Source: Chrysomallon squamiferum (Eukaryota; Animalia; Mollusca). Taken from it: a stretch of 64,000 nucleotides of DNA. Position 1 is the stretch's first letter, and every line of letters begins with the position of its first letter. The position numbers and the translations under genes were made by a program. Shown one piece after another: positions 45,480 to 59,095 of this stretch. The notes under the pieces are model-generated. The model did no database searches, had not been told where the DNA came from, and saw nothing but the letters and a program-made list of their open reading frames with translations. The stretch is taken from contig CM022678.1 in the NCBI GenBank assembly GCA_012295275.1, positions 16,554,001 through 16,618,000 on the forward strand, read 5' to 3'.

Positions 45480-45701
45480 CTACCGCTACTGTTGATACTA
45501 CTACCACTACTACTGCAACTGATACTACTACAACTACTACTACTGCTACTACTATTACCACTACTATACATTACTAGTACTATTACTACTAAATTAATAC
45601 GACATTACTACTACTTACTACTACTACTACTACTACTACTACCTACTACTACTACTACTACTACCAATACTACTACCACTACTATACTACTACTACAACA
45701 T

Positions 45702-45733
<32 letters not shown>

Positions 45734-45790
45734 ACTACTACACCACCACTACTAAATTAATACGACATTACTACTAAATTAATACGACAT

Positions 45791-45826
<36 letters not shown>

Positions 45827-45970
45827 CAATACTACTACTACTACTACTACTATTACACTATTACACTATTGCTACTACTGCTACTGCTGCTGCTACAATA
45901 TTACTTCCACGAATACCGATACTGTTACTACCAGTAGTACTACTACTGCTGCTACTACTACAACTGGTAC
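45480..45970. repeat. Degenerate (TAC)n array with embedded ACTAAATTAATACGACATT x3
   Basis: Directly visible. Confidence 0.9.
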
Positions 45971-46991
45971 TCGGTAAAGTTTATAAACTGCTGTTACTTT
46001 TATTATAATTTCATTTTTGCTGTTTTCTTTATTATTTATTATTTCTGTGACACAAATTAGACACATATTGCTGCAGCCGTTTCCATTTTCTTACGTTACA
46101 AATAAAAGACAAGCTTTCTAATATTTACCTATTTCTAAATCTGGTGTTCTGTTTGTTGTGCTTCATTCAGATTATGCAAATACTAGACTGTATTGTACAA
46201 ACGGATCAGGTGTGCATATTATTTTATACCAGTTTACCTACGAATGTGCACAAAGAAACTATTGACACAAAACGGTCACTGTGTTCTTTTGGAAAAAAAC
46301 AACAACAACAAAAACTAAAAACTAAAAAGAAACTTAAAATAAATAAAAGAGAGTTGAGCCAGTGTATTGAAACGTTTCTGCAATTTTATGTTTTTTGTTT
46401 TGTTTATGACAGTACGTTGATAAGAGCTATATTGATGTTTGAATGTAAAGTATGAGTTAATTCAGAAAGAAAAAGAAGAAGAAGATGTTGATGAAAGAAA
46501 CAACTGTAGAAAAACATATAGAGAAAGATGTATAAGCATTTGTATGAATACACACAGGCAAATATTATATCAGACAAGAACGCACACAAACATACACATA
46601 TACACATACATCTACCTTTCTTTGTCTATTTTCATATTTTTTTGTTGTCTATCCATCTTTCGTCTCTCTCTCTCTCTCTCTCTCGCTCTCTCTCTCTGTC
46701 TCTCTTGATGACCTACCTATTTTGACCTATTGCACTGGATAAACTCAAGAAAAAACAAAACAAAAACAAAACAACCCAACAACGAACAATTAGACTATAT
46801 CTTTTTACCAGTACAGATGTAAACATGAAGTACAAACTGAGACTGTTTACATGAATTATTCATTCGGTGTTTCCCAGGAGAAATCTGTCTTTGTTTTATA
46901 CGTTACAAATATTGAAATAATTCCTTATCTCATGAGAGGAGGCGAGCTGATATAACGAGTGTCGTAAATATTACATAGCATTTCTTTTGTA

Positions 46992-47026
<35 letters not shown>

Positions 47027-47075
47027 AAAATAAAAATAAAAAATGAAAAAAAAAAAAATTATAAATAAAAAAATA

Positions 47076-47120
<45 letters not shown>

Positions 47121-47638
47121 TATATATAAACTACTGAAAAAAAGGATTGACTATCGTTGGAAAATGTACAGACAATGACTTAGTGGATTTGTTAAATAAA
47201 GCAACAGAGGCGAAAACAAGGATTGTTATGATTATAATGTACGACTGATAATTGTAGTGACACTCCCATTCAAAACAACAACAAAAAAAAATTAAAAAAA
47301 TAAAAAAAAAAAAAAAAAAATAATAAAAAACAAACATTGTTTGACTGATGTTTCTCTGAATTACATATTTTGGTTATTGCAGTTACTGCTAATATTATTT
47401 GGCTACTACTATTACTAATGCTACTACTACTAATATAACTACTACTACTAGTACTACTACTATTATTTCTACCAGATTACAAATATCACTACAACTATAA
47501 CTATTAATACCATTTCTACTGTTACAAATCTGCTATAACCGTAACAACAAGCAACATTACAGCCAACACCGTAACAACAAGAACTAGGACTATTTTACTG
47601 CCACGGTACTGTTCTTAATACTGTAATTGAGACTATAT

Positions 47639-47711
<73 letters not shown>

Positions 47712-47776
47712 CAGAGAGTGTAAGATGAATGGAGATTTAACGATAACTATTTATCAGTTATTTTTGAGAGAGAGAG

Positions 47777-47853
<77 letters not shown>

Positions 47854-48349
47854 ACTATTTACAGTTATTTCTTGCTGGATAATTTTTTTTTTTTGCAGTA
47901 ACAATAATCTAATAATAACAATCATATTATCGCTTCAATCTTTCAGAAGCTTTCAGATTACGTTCATGTCTTACTTCGATCGCGTGAAATGATCTAATTA
48001 TGACGTAACGCCTGAATTTGGCGTCGTAAAAATCTTCGAAAATTGCACGCTCTTCAAACTTTATTTGCGCTTTAGCAAAACACATAAAGTGCCACAATAA
48101 TTCAATAACAATTTACAAGATGTTGAATGGAACTACTCTAAGCTGTTGTTAGTGGGGTTTTTTTTTTAATATCTTTTTTATATTTATATATATATTTCTT
48201 TATTGTAAGATTATTTAGACTTTCTGTAAAATTAAATGGTAATTGTTAGTAATTAATGAAGACACATGATAATGAACGATATAAATGAATAAATCATTTA
48301 GCACCAACGCCACCACAACCAACAGTATTACTGCTACTATTAATACTCT

Positions 48350-48382
<33 letters not shown>

Positions 48383-48649
48383 CACTACTACTACTACTGC
48401 TAATAATAATAATAAAAACAGCATCTTAAGCAAATGACAAAAAATACAACAATAATTTTAACAGTAATAATAAAATGGAAAATCGCATAAAATAATGAAA
48501 ATAATTATTCCATTAAATATGTAATTTATAATTAAATGAAAAAATAAATGAACAAATGAAAAATAAAATCATAAAGAAAAAAAGAAAAAAGAAGAAGAAA
48601 AAGAGAGAACAACAAGAAAAAAAAAAAAAAACGACGAAAAAAAGGAAGG

Positions 48650-48685
<36 letters not shown>

Positions 48686-48871
48686 AAAGAAGAAGAAAAA
48701 AAGAATAATATAAAAAATAATGATAATGTTAATTGGACCTCTTGGCGAATTGTACCGTGTTGAGAATGCAAATGTGACACAAAATGTCGGATGATAATTA
48801 CATCAGTGAAAATTCTGATGAAAATATGCAGCGCATAAAAAGGTTTCATCCTGTGAAGATGTTTCATTAAT

Positions 48872-48910
<39 letters not shown>

Positions 48911-49630
48911 GCTGGAATGTTTTATTTATTACTGATTTCTGTAACAGCTGAAATATATTATTATTATACTTTTATTATTATTATAGTTATTGTTATTGTC
49001 ACTGTTATATTATAGTTACAGTTATTATTATTGTTATTATTATTTTTATTGTTATTATTATTGTTGCTGTTATTGTTATTGTTATATTATATTTATTATC
49101 ATTGTTATTGTTATCAAAGCTTCGTTTATCGCTTGCATTCGTTCATTCATTCACTCTTTCGTTCTTTCATTAAATTTCAAACTGGAATAAAACAACAATA
49201 AACTAATTTCCATACTCTGGCCTGGAATTTCCAGATCAGGATAAAATACATTATGAAAATACACTAATTTCTGATCACTAGTTGGAACGGAAAAAAATAT
49301 TAATATTTCTTCGAGTAGGGTTTTATATATATAATGTCACGAGACTGTAAACTATTGATTAATTATTCCTACAAACTCAGTCAGCCATGGCGTGTAAATT
49401 AAAACATTTACAAGTAATCCAAAATACAACAGAACAGAATTCAGTTTAAATTCCCGCTGCCATTTGGAGTGGTTCAGTGCAAAGCTGGATATAAAAAAAT
49501 ATTTATTTTTTAAAACTTAATAATTTAAAAAATCCCCGAAGCTTCCGTAATGAATAAAATATCCCCAAGGTTTAGTTCTATTTTGGTTTCAAGGTTATAA
49601 AAAGAATTGTCGTAAATAAATTCTCTGCAG

Positions 49631-49727
49631 ATTGTCGTGAATCAAGTACACGAACTGGGTCCAAGTTAATGCACAAAACGGAAGACTGAACGAAAAGGAC
49701 TGAACGCGAATTGAGACGATTTTCAAA
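49631..49727 (+). other. Candidate non-coding exon (97 nt)
   Basis: TTCTCTGCAG acceptor, purine-rich body with stops in all three frames, CAAA|GTGAGC donor. Confidence 0.35.
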
Positions 49728-50573
49728 GTGAGCCGAGCGGTTCGAAAATGAGCCAAAGATTGTCAAGATTTGAACGAAAATTATTAGATACAACTGTAAT
49801 CAGCTATGATGACAGTGAGATATAGAAAGACCCCTCCCCCGAAAACACACACACACACACACACAAACATATGCAAACACAAGAATATACAGCTACATAC
49901 ATACACACATACACACTATATTTACATATGTAGACATAAAAACAGAAACACAGACAAAAGTCACATATGAGACTGATAAACAAATATTGAGCAAATGGAC
50001 CGGTAATACTTGTTATAATAATATAAATATATTTTTTTAACAGATTAATCATTTATAAAATGTCAATAATCTGTAAAATATATATATGAATTATTCCTAG
50101 AAGTCTGTCACGATGTATCTGTAGGACACCATTACCCCAGTATTAAATTATACAAATTACATTAGCAGGCTAGCTGGTATCACAAACCTTGAAAGGTTCT
50201 TTAATATTTCTATAATATGTCTTTCAGGTTAGTAAACGTATATGTACATTTATGTATGTGTATATATATATATATATATGTTTAAAAAATAATCCATAAG
50301 ACAATAAATTAATAAACGAACCACAAACACTATCCATAGCATTATCTTGGTCAAAGAACACAGAGAACAAAATTATTTGCCCAAGCTGAGCGTGCTTGAA
50401 CCGTCAGTGGGTGTAACCACGTAGAAATTACTGATTACTGATAATAAAATACTCCACGCAATATTCGTATCTTCAATATTTGCAGTTTCTGTTAGAGTTA
50501 TCTGTCCTTGGACCAACTACGTCTAGGTTTTATTCATTAGCAAATCAAAATTATAACTTATTATAACTATTAC

Positions 50574-50622
<49 letters not shown>

Positions 50623-51505
50623 TACACATTAGGTTAATTGATACTTCAAATGATGCAGTCTTCTGTTGTTGTTTTTTCCTTTCTTTATTTCTCTCTTTCT
50701 CTTATTCTTTTTCTTTCTTTCTTTCTTTTTTTTTTTTGGGGGGCGGACTTGTTTGTTTGTTTGATTTAATCTAATTGGATTTGTTTGTTATGATTTAATG
50801 AAATACATTTAATTTGATATTTATTAATATTATTGAATCAGATAAAGTTAACTTGATATTTATTTGATTTAATTCAGAGTGCTGGAATTTAATTTTATGT
50901 TTGTAATTCAATTTTTGTAAATATCTATTAAACTAAATTTTCTCTGTTTCTTTATATAATATTAATTTCATTAAATAAGAATGAAATATAAACCAGTATA
51001 CAAAAAATAAGGAGGGAAACACAAAAACAAACCAAAACAAAACCAAAAAAAAAAAAACACCCCAAAAATAGCAAGAACAAATAAAAACAGAAAAGAAGAA
51101 AAATTAACAAAAGACCCACCCCTCAAAAACCTCCGAAATTGGAAAAAATTACAATTAAACCACAATGAACACCACCGAAACCAAAAAAGAGCCAAAAAAC
51201 ACCAACAATAAACAAAATAATATAAAAAAAAAAAAAAAAAAATAAAATAAAATAAAATAAAAAAGAATTAAAATAAAAACAAGCAACCAAACAGATAAAT
51301 GCTAATAAACGTCAAGGACTGACGGATTATCGGGTCTCTTTCATTATCTACTTTCATTCTTTTCAAACATTAAAAAAAATAATAATAAAAAAAAAAATAA
51401 ATAAAACGGAGGGGAAAATAAATGAAAGAATAATATGGAAAGAAGCTGATACGAGCAAAAACAAAAAAGAAAAGTTATAAAAAATAAAACAGTAAAAAAA
51501 CAACG

Positions 51506-51538
<33 letters not shown>

Positions 51539-52202
51539 CAGTCAAATAAATCAATCAATAAAGTAATTTATTTTTCTCTTCTTCTCCGATTTTGTTTTTC
51601 TTTCGAAAAGGTCTCATAATAACGCGATTCGGTATTAAAATCAAAACTGACCTTTTCCTCAATCCTTGGTGACTTAACAGCTTTTGTAAATAAATGAGCT
51701 TTCAGGTCGTTTCAGCCGCTGCGGTTAGCTTTAACTGCTAATAAATACGAGAGACTGACAAGATTTTACACGATAATTTAATGCTGATTAAATTTCATAT
51801 TAATCAAGAGGAGTAACGGGCACATTGGCAAGAAAGTGAGAAGTTCAGCAATACGTTTATGTCGTAGCAGTTTAATTTTCTTCCGTGATATTCCTCCTTT
51901 GAGACAGAGCACTACGTTTGATGTTAGGAATTATAGGAATCATTTATTTTAATCACATTACTTAATTTATAATAATAATAATAATAATAATGATGATGAT
52001 GATGATGATGATGATAATAATAATAATAATAATAATAACAAGGACAACAACAACAGTAATAATAATACATAACACCGACAACAATATTAATAATGATAGT
52101 TATAATAATAGCAGAATAATGATAATGATGATGATAATTGAACATTACCTATAGCAACACAAACAACGTATGCATATTTTGAGAATAAAATGAAAGAATA
52201 GT

Positions 52203-52292
<90 letters not shown>

Positions 52293-52406
52293 AAAACAAT
52301 TTTTCTAAATCTTACCTGCACTGAGAAACTTCAGAATTATTACTAATCTCTCTTCAATCAAGAAAAAAAAAAAAAATATAAAATAAAAAATCAACAACAA
52401 CAACTA

Positions 52407-52440
<34 letters not shown>

Positions 52441-52868
52441 CGTTTCCAAAAAGCCACAGAAACAGTTCTCACGTTCTGGGAGTTTTACATCGAAGCAAAA
52501 CAATCTTTTACACAGTCGTCGTTTTTTTTTTTTTTCCTTCAGTGTAAAAAGATAATAATACACACAAAACACAAAACTCGAAGCATGACTAAGTAGTGTT
52601 TTCATCAGAACTCTTTTGAAGCGGAGATAAACTATTGAGACAGTTCTCGACACTGATTGGCTGGAGGGAAAGAGGCCAGCTGTGGGACACGGAAATTTAA
52701 TCAATACAAAACACACCTCGGAGCTTTGCTGTCTGGCGGGAATTGCACTGATATATTATTTACTTACACAAAAATATTGCTTTTGTTTTCTGCTTTTTTC
52801 TCTCCTTTTCTTCTGATTAATACGGGGGTGTGTTTACATCTGATAACATACATACATACATACATACA

Positions 52869-52958
<90 letters not shown>

Positions 52959-54128
52959 TACATACATACATATACACACACACATATATACATATACATA
53001 CACACACATATATATACATATACATACAAACATACATACATACAGAGAGAAACTTATGCATTCACGTAGGTTCAATCACAGACTCATTTATATATTGTCC
53101 CTCTGTTTTTCTCTCTTTCACAGACACACAGACAAACAGACACGTACAGAAGCAGATAATTAGAAACACAGAAACATACACAAACACAAAAAAACAAACA
53201 AACCAAACACACAGAGAAACACACACAAAAACCGATATACATATACAAACTCATATATATATATATAAACCACCTACATATACACACACAAACATCTACA
53301 TATACACATACACACAGTCGCATATGTCAACATGCACAAAGACAAACCCATACACACATACACGTCCGCACATATGCATACCTTAAACACACATACACAT
53401 ATATAAACGTACACAAACATACACACATCCACAAATCCCCCACATATATTCACCACACGCACATACACACACACACACATACACACACACACACTACACA
53501 CATACACACATATACACACCTACACACACATACACATACATAAACCAAACATTCCCCCAACATTCCCCCAAACATAGAAACATACTCAAACATACACTCA
53601 CACACATACATTTTCCCCCCGACACCAACATACATTCACACAAACCTCATAACCCGCTCTACACATATATACATACACATAAACATACAACGCATACATA
53701 TACATCCCACACAATGTTCCGAGACTTAATACAAGCACACAAGGAATCATTTTGGTCGACCGCAATCATCAAGGAAAGTATAAACAGGTTGTTTACCGAA
53801 ACAGTCTGCATTGTTGTAACTTAACTGTCATTGTTCTCTATCTATTTCAACACGATCTCGTTCCGTTTTGTTTTTCTCTTCTACTTTTACGCATTAGCGT
53901 CGTCTCAAGTCGTAAATGCGAATCGTTATTAAACAGCGGAGGAGAGATCTAGAAAAAAAAAAACGTAAGAGATGTTTCAGTTACTTATTAGCTTTTGTTG
54001 TTAATAAGGATTCGTGCCACGGATAATTTAATTATCTGTCGATATGTATAAATATTTCAGAGACTGTGAGGTTGATACACATATGTGAGAAGTGTCTGAT
54101 AAAACATCTCATTAATTTACTCTAAGTG

Positions 54129-54161
<33 letters not shown>

Positions 54162-54682
54162 GAAACACACACGATAATATATGTTTGATAGCCCGCCCAA
54201 AGCCCCCCCACCAAAGAACGTCATGAGCCTCTTTTAGGGGAGTAATTCGAAGTTCAAAAAAAAAAAAAAAATGTATATGAAAACGTAGTTTGATGACCGT
54301 TTACGATAATTAATTAATTAATTTATTTACTATTTATTTATTTATTTATTTTTCTTTAATACGTGTTGTTAATTTGTGACCTTTACAAAACATGGCGTTT
54401 TGTTTCTCTATTTTATTCTCTTTGTTTTTTTGTTTGTTTTTGGAATGTGATCGATCGATTAATCGATTGATCTTCTTATTTGTTGTCGTTTATCTCTTTT
54501 CCAAGCTTGTTGTTTTTATTTTTAATTGTTATTCTGTCATGATCATATATACATAGATTATAGCCAGTTTAATAATAATGATGATGATGATGATGATGAT
54601 AATAATAATAATATATTGATAGAGAGATATATAGATATATGAAGAATTAGAAATTGAGAAAATTATTTGAAAAGATATAAAA

Positions 54683-54715
<33 letters not shown>

Positions 54716-55494
54716 TTTATTGCCATTGTTGTTGTTATTGTAGTTATTTTACTGATGTTGTTATTATCATTAATGTTATTCTTATTGTTATTATTTTTAT
54801 TATCTTTATTTTTTGTTATGCTGTTATTATACGTCTTGTTATTATTGTGATCATAATTATTATTATTTCTATTCTTAATACAGTTGATGATTATCATGAT
54901 TATCAATATTATTTTTCCATCATATTAGTTATACACATAGAGAGAAACACAAATCGTCACAGACTGAGTATGCAGTATTGTTGCATTGATTTACTCAGTC
55001 AGACATGGTTTTTTGTGTACACACATGTTTATAATAATAATTATCACACAACTCTTCAGCCTCTGTATATAACTGTTATATTTCTATATCATAAATAAAT
55101 AAATAAATTATAAATACTAAATAAATAAATAAATACATGATAAATACTAAATAAATAAATAATGAAGAATAAAAAATAATTCTTATGACACATGACGTAG
55201 TATTGCTAAAACGTTATGACGTCAGAACTTTCAAATGTAATCTTCTGTTTGGAGCAGACGTCTCGGCAGACGCCAGAAAAAACTCAGAATAAAACGAAGA
55301 ACAGCATTCAGTTTTGAGAAAAGAAGGTAAACATATTTTACATAATGATAACAAATAAATATTTATTGTTAAAATATTAATTTCATTAAAAGAGAAAGCC
55401 AATGTTATAATTTAATAAATTTAAAAAAAAAAAAAAATAATAATAATAGTTAAATAAATAATAAAATTAAGAAAAATAAGAAAAAACTAAATAT

Positions 55495-55852
55495 AACAGC
55501 GAATGTTAACTGAATTTCATTATTTTCATTATTTTTTTTCTTTGAATTTTTCTTCTTTCTTTTGCACTAATTACTAATTAAAAAAATTAATAATTTCATC
55601 ACCTATTTTGCATTTTACAGATTTCGTGGTTTCTACAACGTTCAGAAGAAAACTGAGCTGACAGAATTTTTGTTTTGTTTTTTGTTTTTGATTTTTCTTT
55701 GTTTGTTATTCAAGCCTACATCATAACGAGAATTATAACAACATCTTCAGTGAAATGAACACAGATTCCATTCTGCTGATTCCTGCTGTATTTTGTAATT
55801 TTTTACTTTTATTCACATTGAACAAACGTGGGGAAAAAATGATATATTTTAC

Positions 55853-55906
<54 letters not shown>

Positions 55907-56285
55907 GAATAAATGAATAAATAAATATAACTGTGAGAACGCTGAAAAGTTAATCTGATCAAAATATAAATATAATTTAATAATTTAATGATAATAATAA
56001 TAATAAAATAAAATAAAATAAAATAAATAAATATGAAACTGAATGTTAACAGCATTTCGTTATTTCATTTATTTTTTATGTTTATGTTTTTAGATTTTTT
56101 TCTTTTATACTAATTACTAATTAACAAAATACAATATTCGTCACCTAATTTACATTTCTCAGGTTTCGTCGACAACAACTTTCTACAGAAATTCGATTAA
56201 TTCCAAGCGCATGATACAAATATGAATTATAACTGTGACTTCAGTAAAACGAACACAGAGTCCACGCTGTTGGTCCCTGCCACCT
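55495..56285 (+). repeat. Diverged direct duplication of intron end plus exon (55495-55790 vs 56035-56285)
   Basis: Shared GAATGTTAAC, ACTAATTACTAATTAA, TCACCTA, CAG|RTTTCGT, GAATTATAAC, CTTCAGT, GAACACAGA, CCTGC in the same order. Confidence 0.9.
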
Positions 56286-56350
56286 TGGAACTGTTGACTT
56301 CAGGCCCGTTGAAATTAAATCGAATGAAAAATGAAGAAAAATGTATGAGC
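56163..56350 (+). other. Candidate internal exon (188 nt)
   Basis: cacctaatttacatttctcAG|GTTTCG ... ATGAGC|GTAAGT; more GC-rich and more complex than the flanks. Confidence 0.6.
56222..56350 (+). CDS. Candidate small ORF, coding exon 1 (43 codons: MNYNCDFSKTNTESTLLVPATLELLTSGPLKLNRMKNEEKCMS)
   Basis: ATG at 56222, frame open up to a GTAAGT donor at 56351 in phase 0. Lies in an exon with acceptor TTTCTCAG|56163 and a CCTAAT branch-like motif upstream. No recognised homology. Confidence 0.4.
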
Positions 56351-56513
56351 GTAAGTTAGTTTTGGGGGAAACGTTAATTTATTTTAAACTTTGTCACGTA
56401 ACATTTTTGTTTTAAAACTTGAATTGTATCTGTACTGATAAGAAGAAATAATCTATACTTTTTTTTACATATTCACAATACATAGGAAAGAGTACTTATG
56501 TCATTATCCCATA

Positions 56514-56592
<79 letters not shown>

Positions 56593-56770
56593 GAGGTGGA
56601 AGGTGTCTGTGTTGTATGTATGTATTTAATTATATCAGTCTTTTTTCTTACTTGCTTCACCTGTTCTTTGTTTTGAAATGTTATGTTCATTTAAACGGAT
56701 GGAAATAAACAAATAAAATAGATAAAATAGATAAAATCAGATAATTAATTAAATAATAATATAATAAGAA

Positions 56771-56807
<37 letters not shown>

Positions 56808-56916
56808 TTAATAATAATAATAATAAATAAAACAAATGAAAACAGAACAAAACGAAAGGCAAGTGTTTTCTTATTTATTTGTTTATTTATTTATTAATTA
56901 ATTTATTTATTTTCAG

Positions 56917-56952
56917 ATTTCGAAAGATAAGGCAGTAAAAACATTGCGGTAG
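56917..56952 (+). CDS. Candidate small ORF, coding exon 2 (ISKDKAVKTLR*)
   Basis: Acceptor TTATTTTCAG|56917. Phase-0 join to 56350 adds 11 codons and TAG at 56950-56952, giving 54 aa with the stop in the putative last exon. Confidence 0.35.
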   Translation: MSKDKAVKTLR

Positions 56953-57059
56953 GAAACAGTCAAACGTCCGTATTAAAACATAACATTATATGTATATATA
57001 CACATCTGTGTGTATGTGTGTCTGTGTGTCTGTGTGAGTGTGTGTGCTTATAGTAAATG

Positions 57060-58720
57060 GTCTTTATAATATCCATGTATATTGTAAATATATTGTTATC
57101 TATTATTTTATTATTCTTAATCTAATTTACAGTACGGAAAACATTAAAGGTTTTATTCGTAATATGTAGAAGAAAGTTGATAGAGATTCAGCAAAATGTC
57201 TTAATCATTTCTTGGCTCAATGCATTAACTGTGTTACTGCATTGTAAACAATAATTATCTGTGAACATTTTAATTTATTATATAATCTTAGTAAATTTAT
57301 ATTTTATCTATAACACTTGTACTGTATACATAATTTCTTCTGTAATATTACTTTTATAACATTTGTATTGTACAGAATTGATCTGTACACGTTAGTTATT
57401 GTATAAACTACCACTCCTGTTTACAGTGCCAGTCTATTCCACATTTTAATTTATTATATAATCCCAGTTTATAGACATTTGCTTTGTCATAAGTTTAAAC
57501 ATTTTAATTGTATTGTATACAGTATATATCTGTACATATATTATGTATTGTCCTTTAATACAACATAAATCTACATACGTTTTAATTGTTGTGTATAATC
57601 TTTGTAGAAAATGTACTTTCTGTAGATTTTTTATTTTTTTATTAGGTTCTGCTGTATTCAGTACATATAGTAATTCACTGCATATTCATGTAGAAAATTG
57701 TGGACCCTCTAAACATATTTGGTTTAAATGCAATCCTTGCAGTAAAGCCAAAACAGGTCTAATCATATCTTCATTTATTGCCCATCCAGTCCGTAAGATT
57801 TTATTTTTTATATTGTAACCCTTGCACTTGTATGCAGTACACATTTATATACATTTTAATTCATGGTTTAACAACAAAAATCTAAAAACACTTAGTTTTA
57901 TGAATATACAATCCTTGTACTGTACACAGTACAACTATATGACGTTTTTCATAAACACAGTGAAATAATATCCTGTCTAGGATTTTAGTTCTAGTTAATG
58001 CTTGCGTTGTGTTAAAATACACAGCATTTTAAAATATTATAGAATGTATGTAGAAAATAGTGTATTGTCTAAAGACATTTATTTCAGATACAAACATTAT
58101 ATTGTAAACTCTACTTATTAGTGTTGTGTAAATAAGTAAGATTAATTAATACAGTATCCATAAACATGTATATTTGATGATTCTAATTTGAATGACATAC
58201 ATCTACGTCAGTTAAAATATTGTATTGTATAGACATTTCTTTTATTTATGAACCTTTTTTATATAGACAACATAAATCTGTAATCCCTATGGAATATAAT
58301 ACATTGTCCATAGACTTTAGTTTTATGCAGAATCGTTGTAGTGTATACAATACGAATGTATCCATATTTTAATATATTATATAATCTCCAGCAGAAAATA
58401 TTGCATGGTTTTTAGATTTCCGTTTCATTTAAAGAACTTAAACTGCATACAAATCTTTTCATTTTCACAGTGAAAGATAATTAATATCTTGTATGCAGTA
58501 ATTAGCTGCATTTTATCTTGGCATTGTATGTAGTACACATATATAGATATTCATTTTTATGTACTGTATAACCAGAGGAGAAAATATTGTACTCTGTTTA
58601 GACATTCCTTTTATGTTTAATGTTTCCCTGCATATGCTCTACACATCTATATAGACTGTTATTTATTTTATAACCCACCGTATAAATAATTGTATAAATA
58701 ATCCCTTATATAATGGACAT
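57060..58720. repeat. Old, highly diverged ~100-120 bp tandem array
   Basis: ACATTTTAATTTATTATATAATC at 57265 and 57441 (variant 58364); GAAAATATTG at 58394 and 58580; TTGTATGCAGTA at 57828 and 58489; GTAGAAAAT near 57604, 57690 and 58050. Confidence 0.75.
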
Positions 58721-59089
58721 TATTTTTTTAATTATTATGGTTTTAAATTTATTATTTTATTTAATTTTATTGTATTTTTAATTTAGTCACTGCTCTCTAT
58801 AGACTAAACATCTGCTTTCGTTAGTGTAATGCATGTACACACTTAAACAAATGGTTAGGCATTGTACAAGTTTTTAATCCTTTTGTATTTGTCCAGAAGT
58901 ACTCACTGGTTCCCTTCTTCCAACAAAATATGTTTGACAACAAACATCTATGCAATCTCATAATTACTTATTACAATTTTTTTTTCATAGTTTTTGTTTT
59001 CTCTCTCTCTATGTATAATATGGTTGTCTGTAAAGAAAATTTTCAAGTTTGCATTACAAATGACCGAGGTATACATATTAAATATTTGT

Positions 59090-59095
59090 AATAAA
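59090..59095 (+). terminator. Candidate polyadenylation signal AATAAA
   Basis: AATAAA overlapped by an upstream TGTA (CFIm-type motif), with T-rich sequence downstream, shortly after the 57-58.7 kb array ends. AATAAA is common in this composition. Confidence 0.35.

Noticed and set aside
56130-56200. miR-981 gene itself on the - strand
   Set aside because: The seed is altered (UUGUUG instead of UUCGUUG) and no ~60-nt hairpin is evident with either flank; treated as a target site instead.
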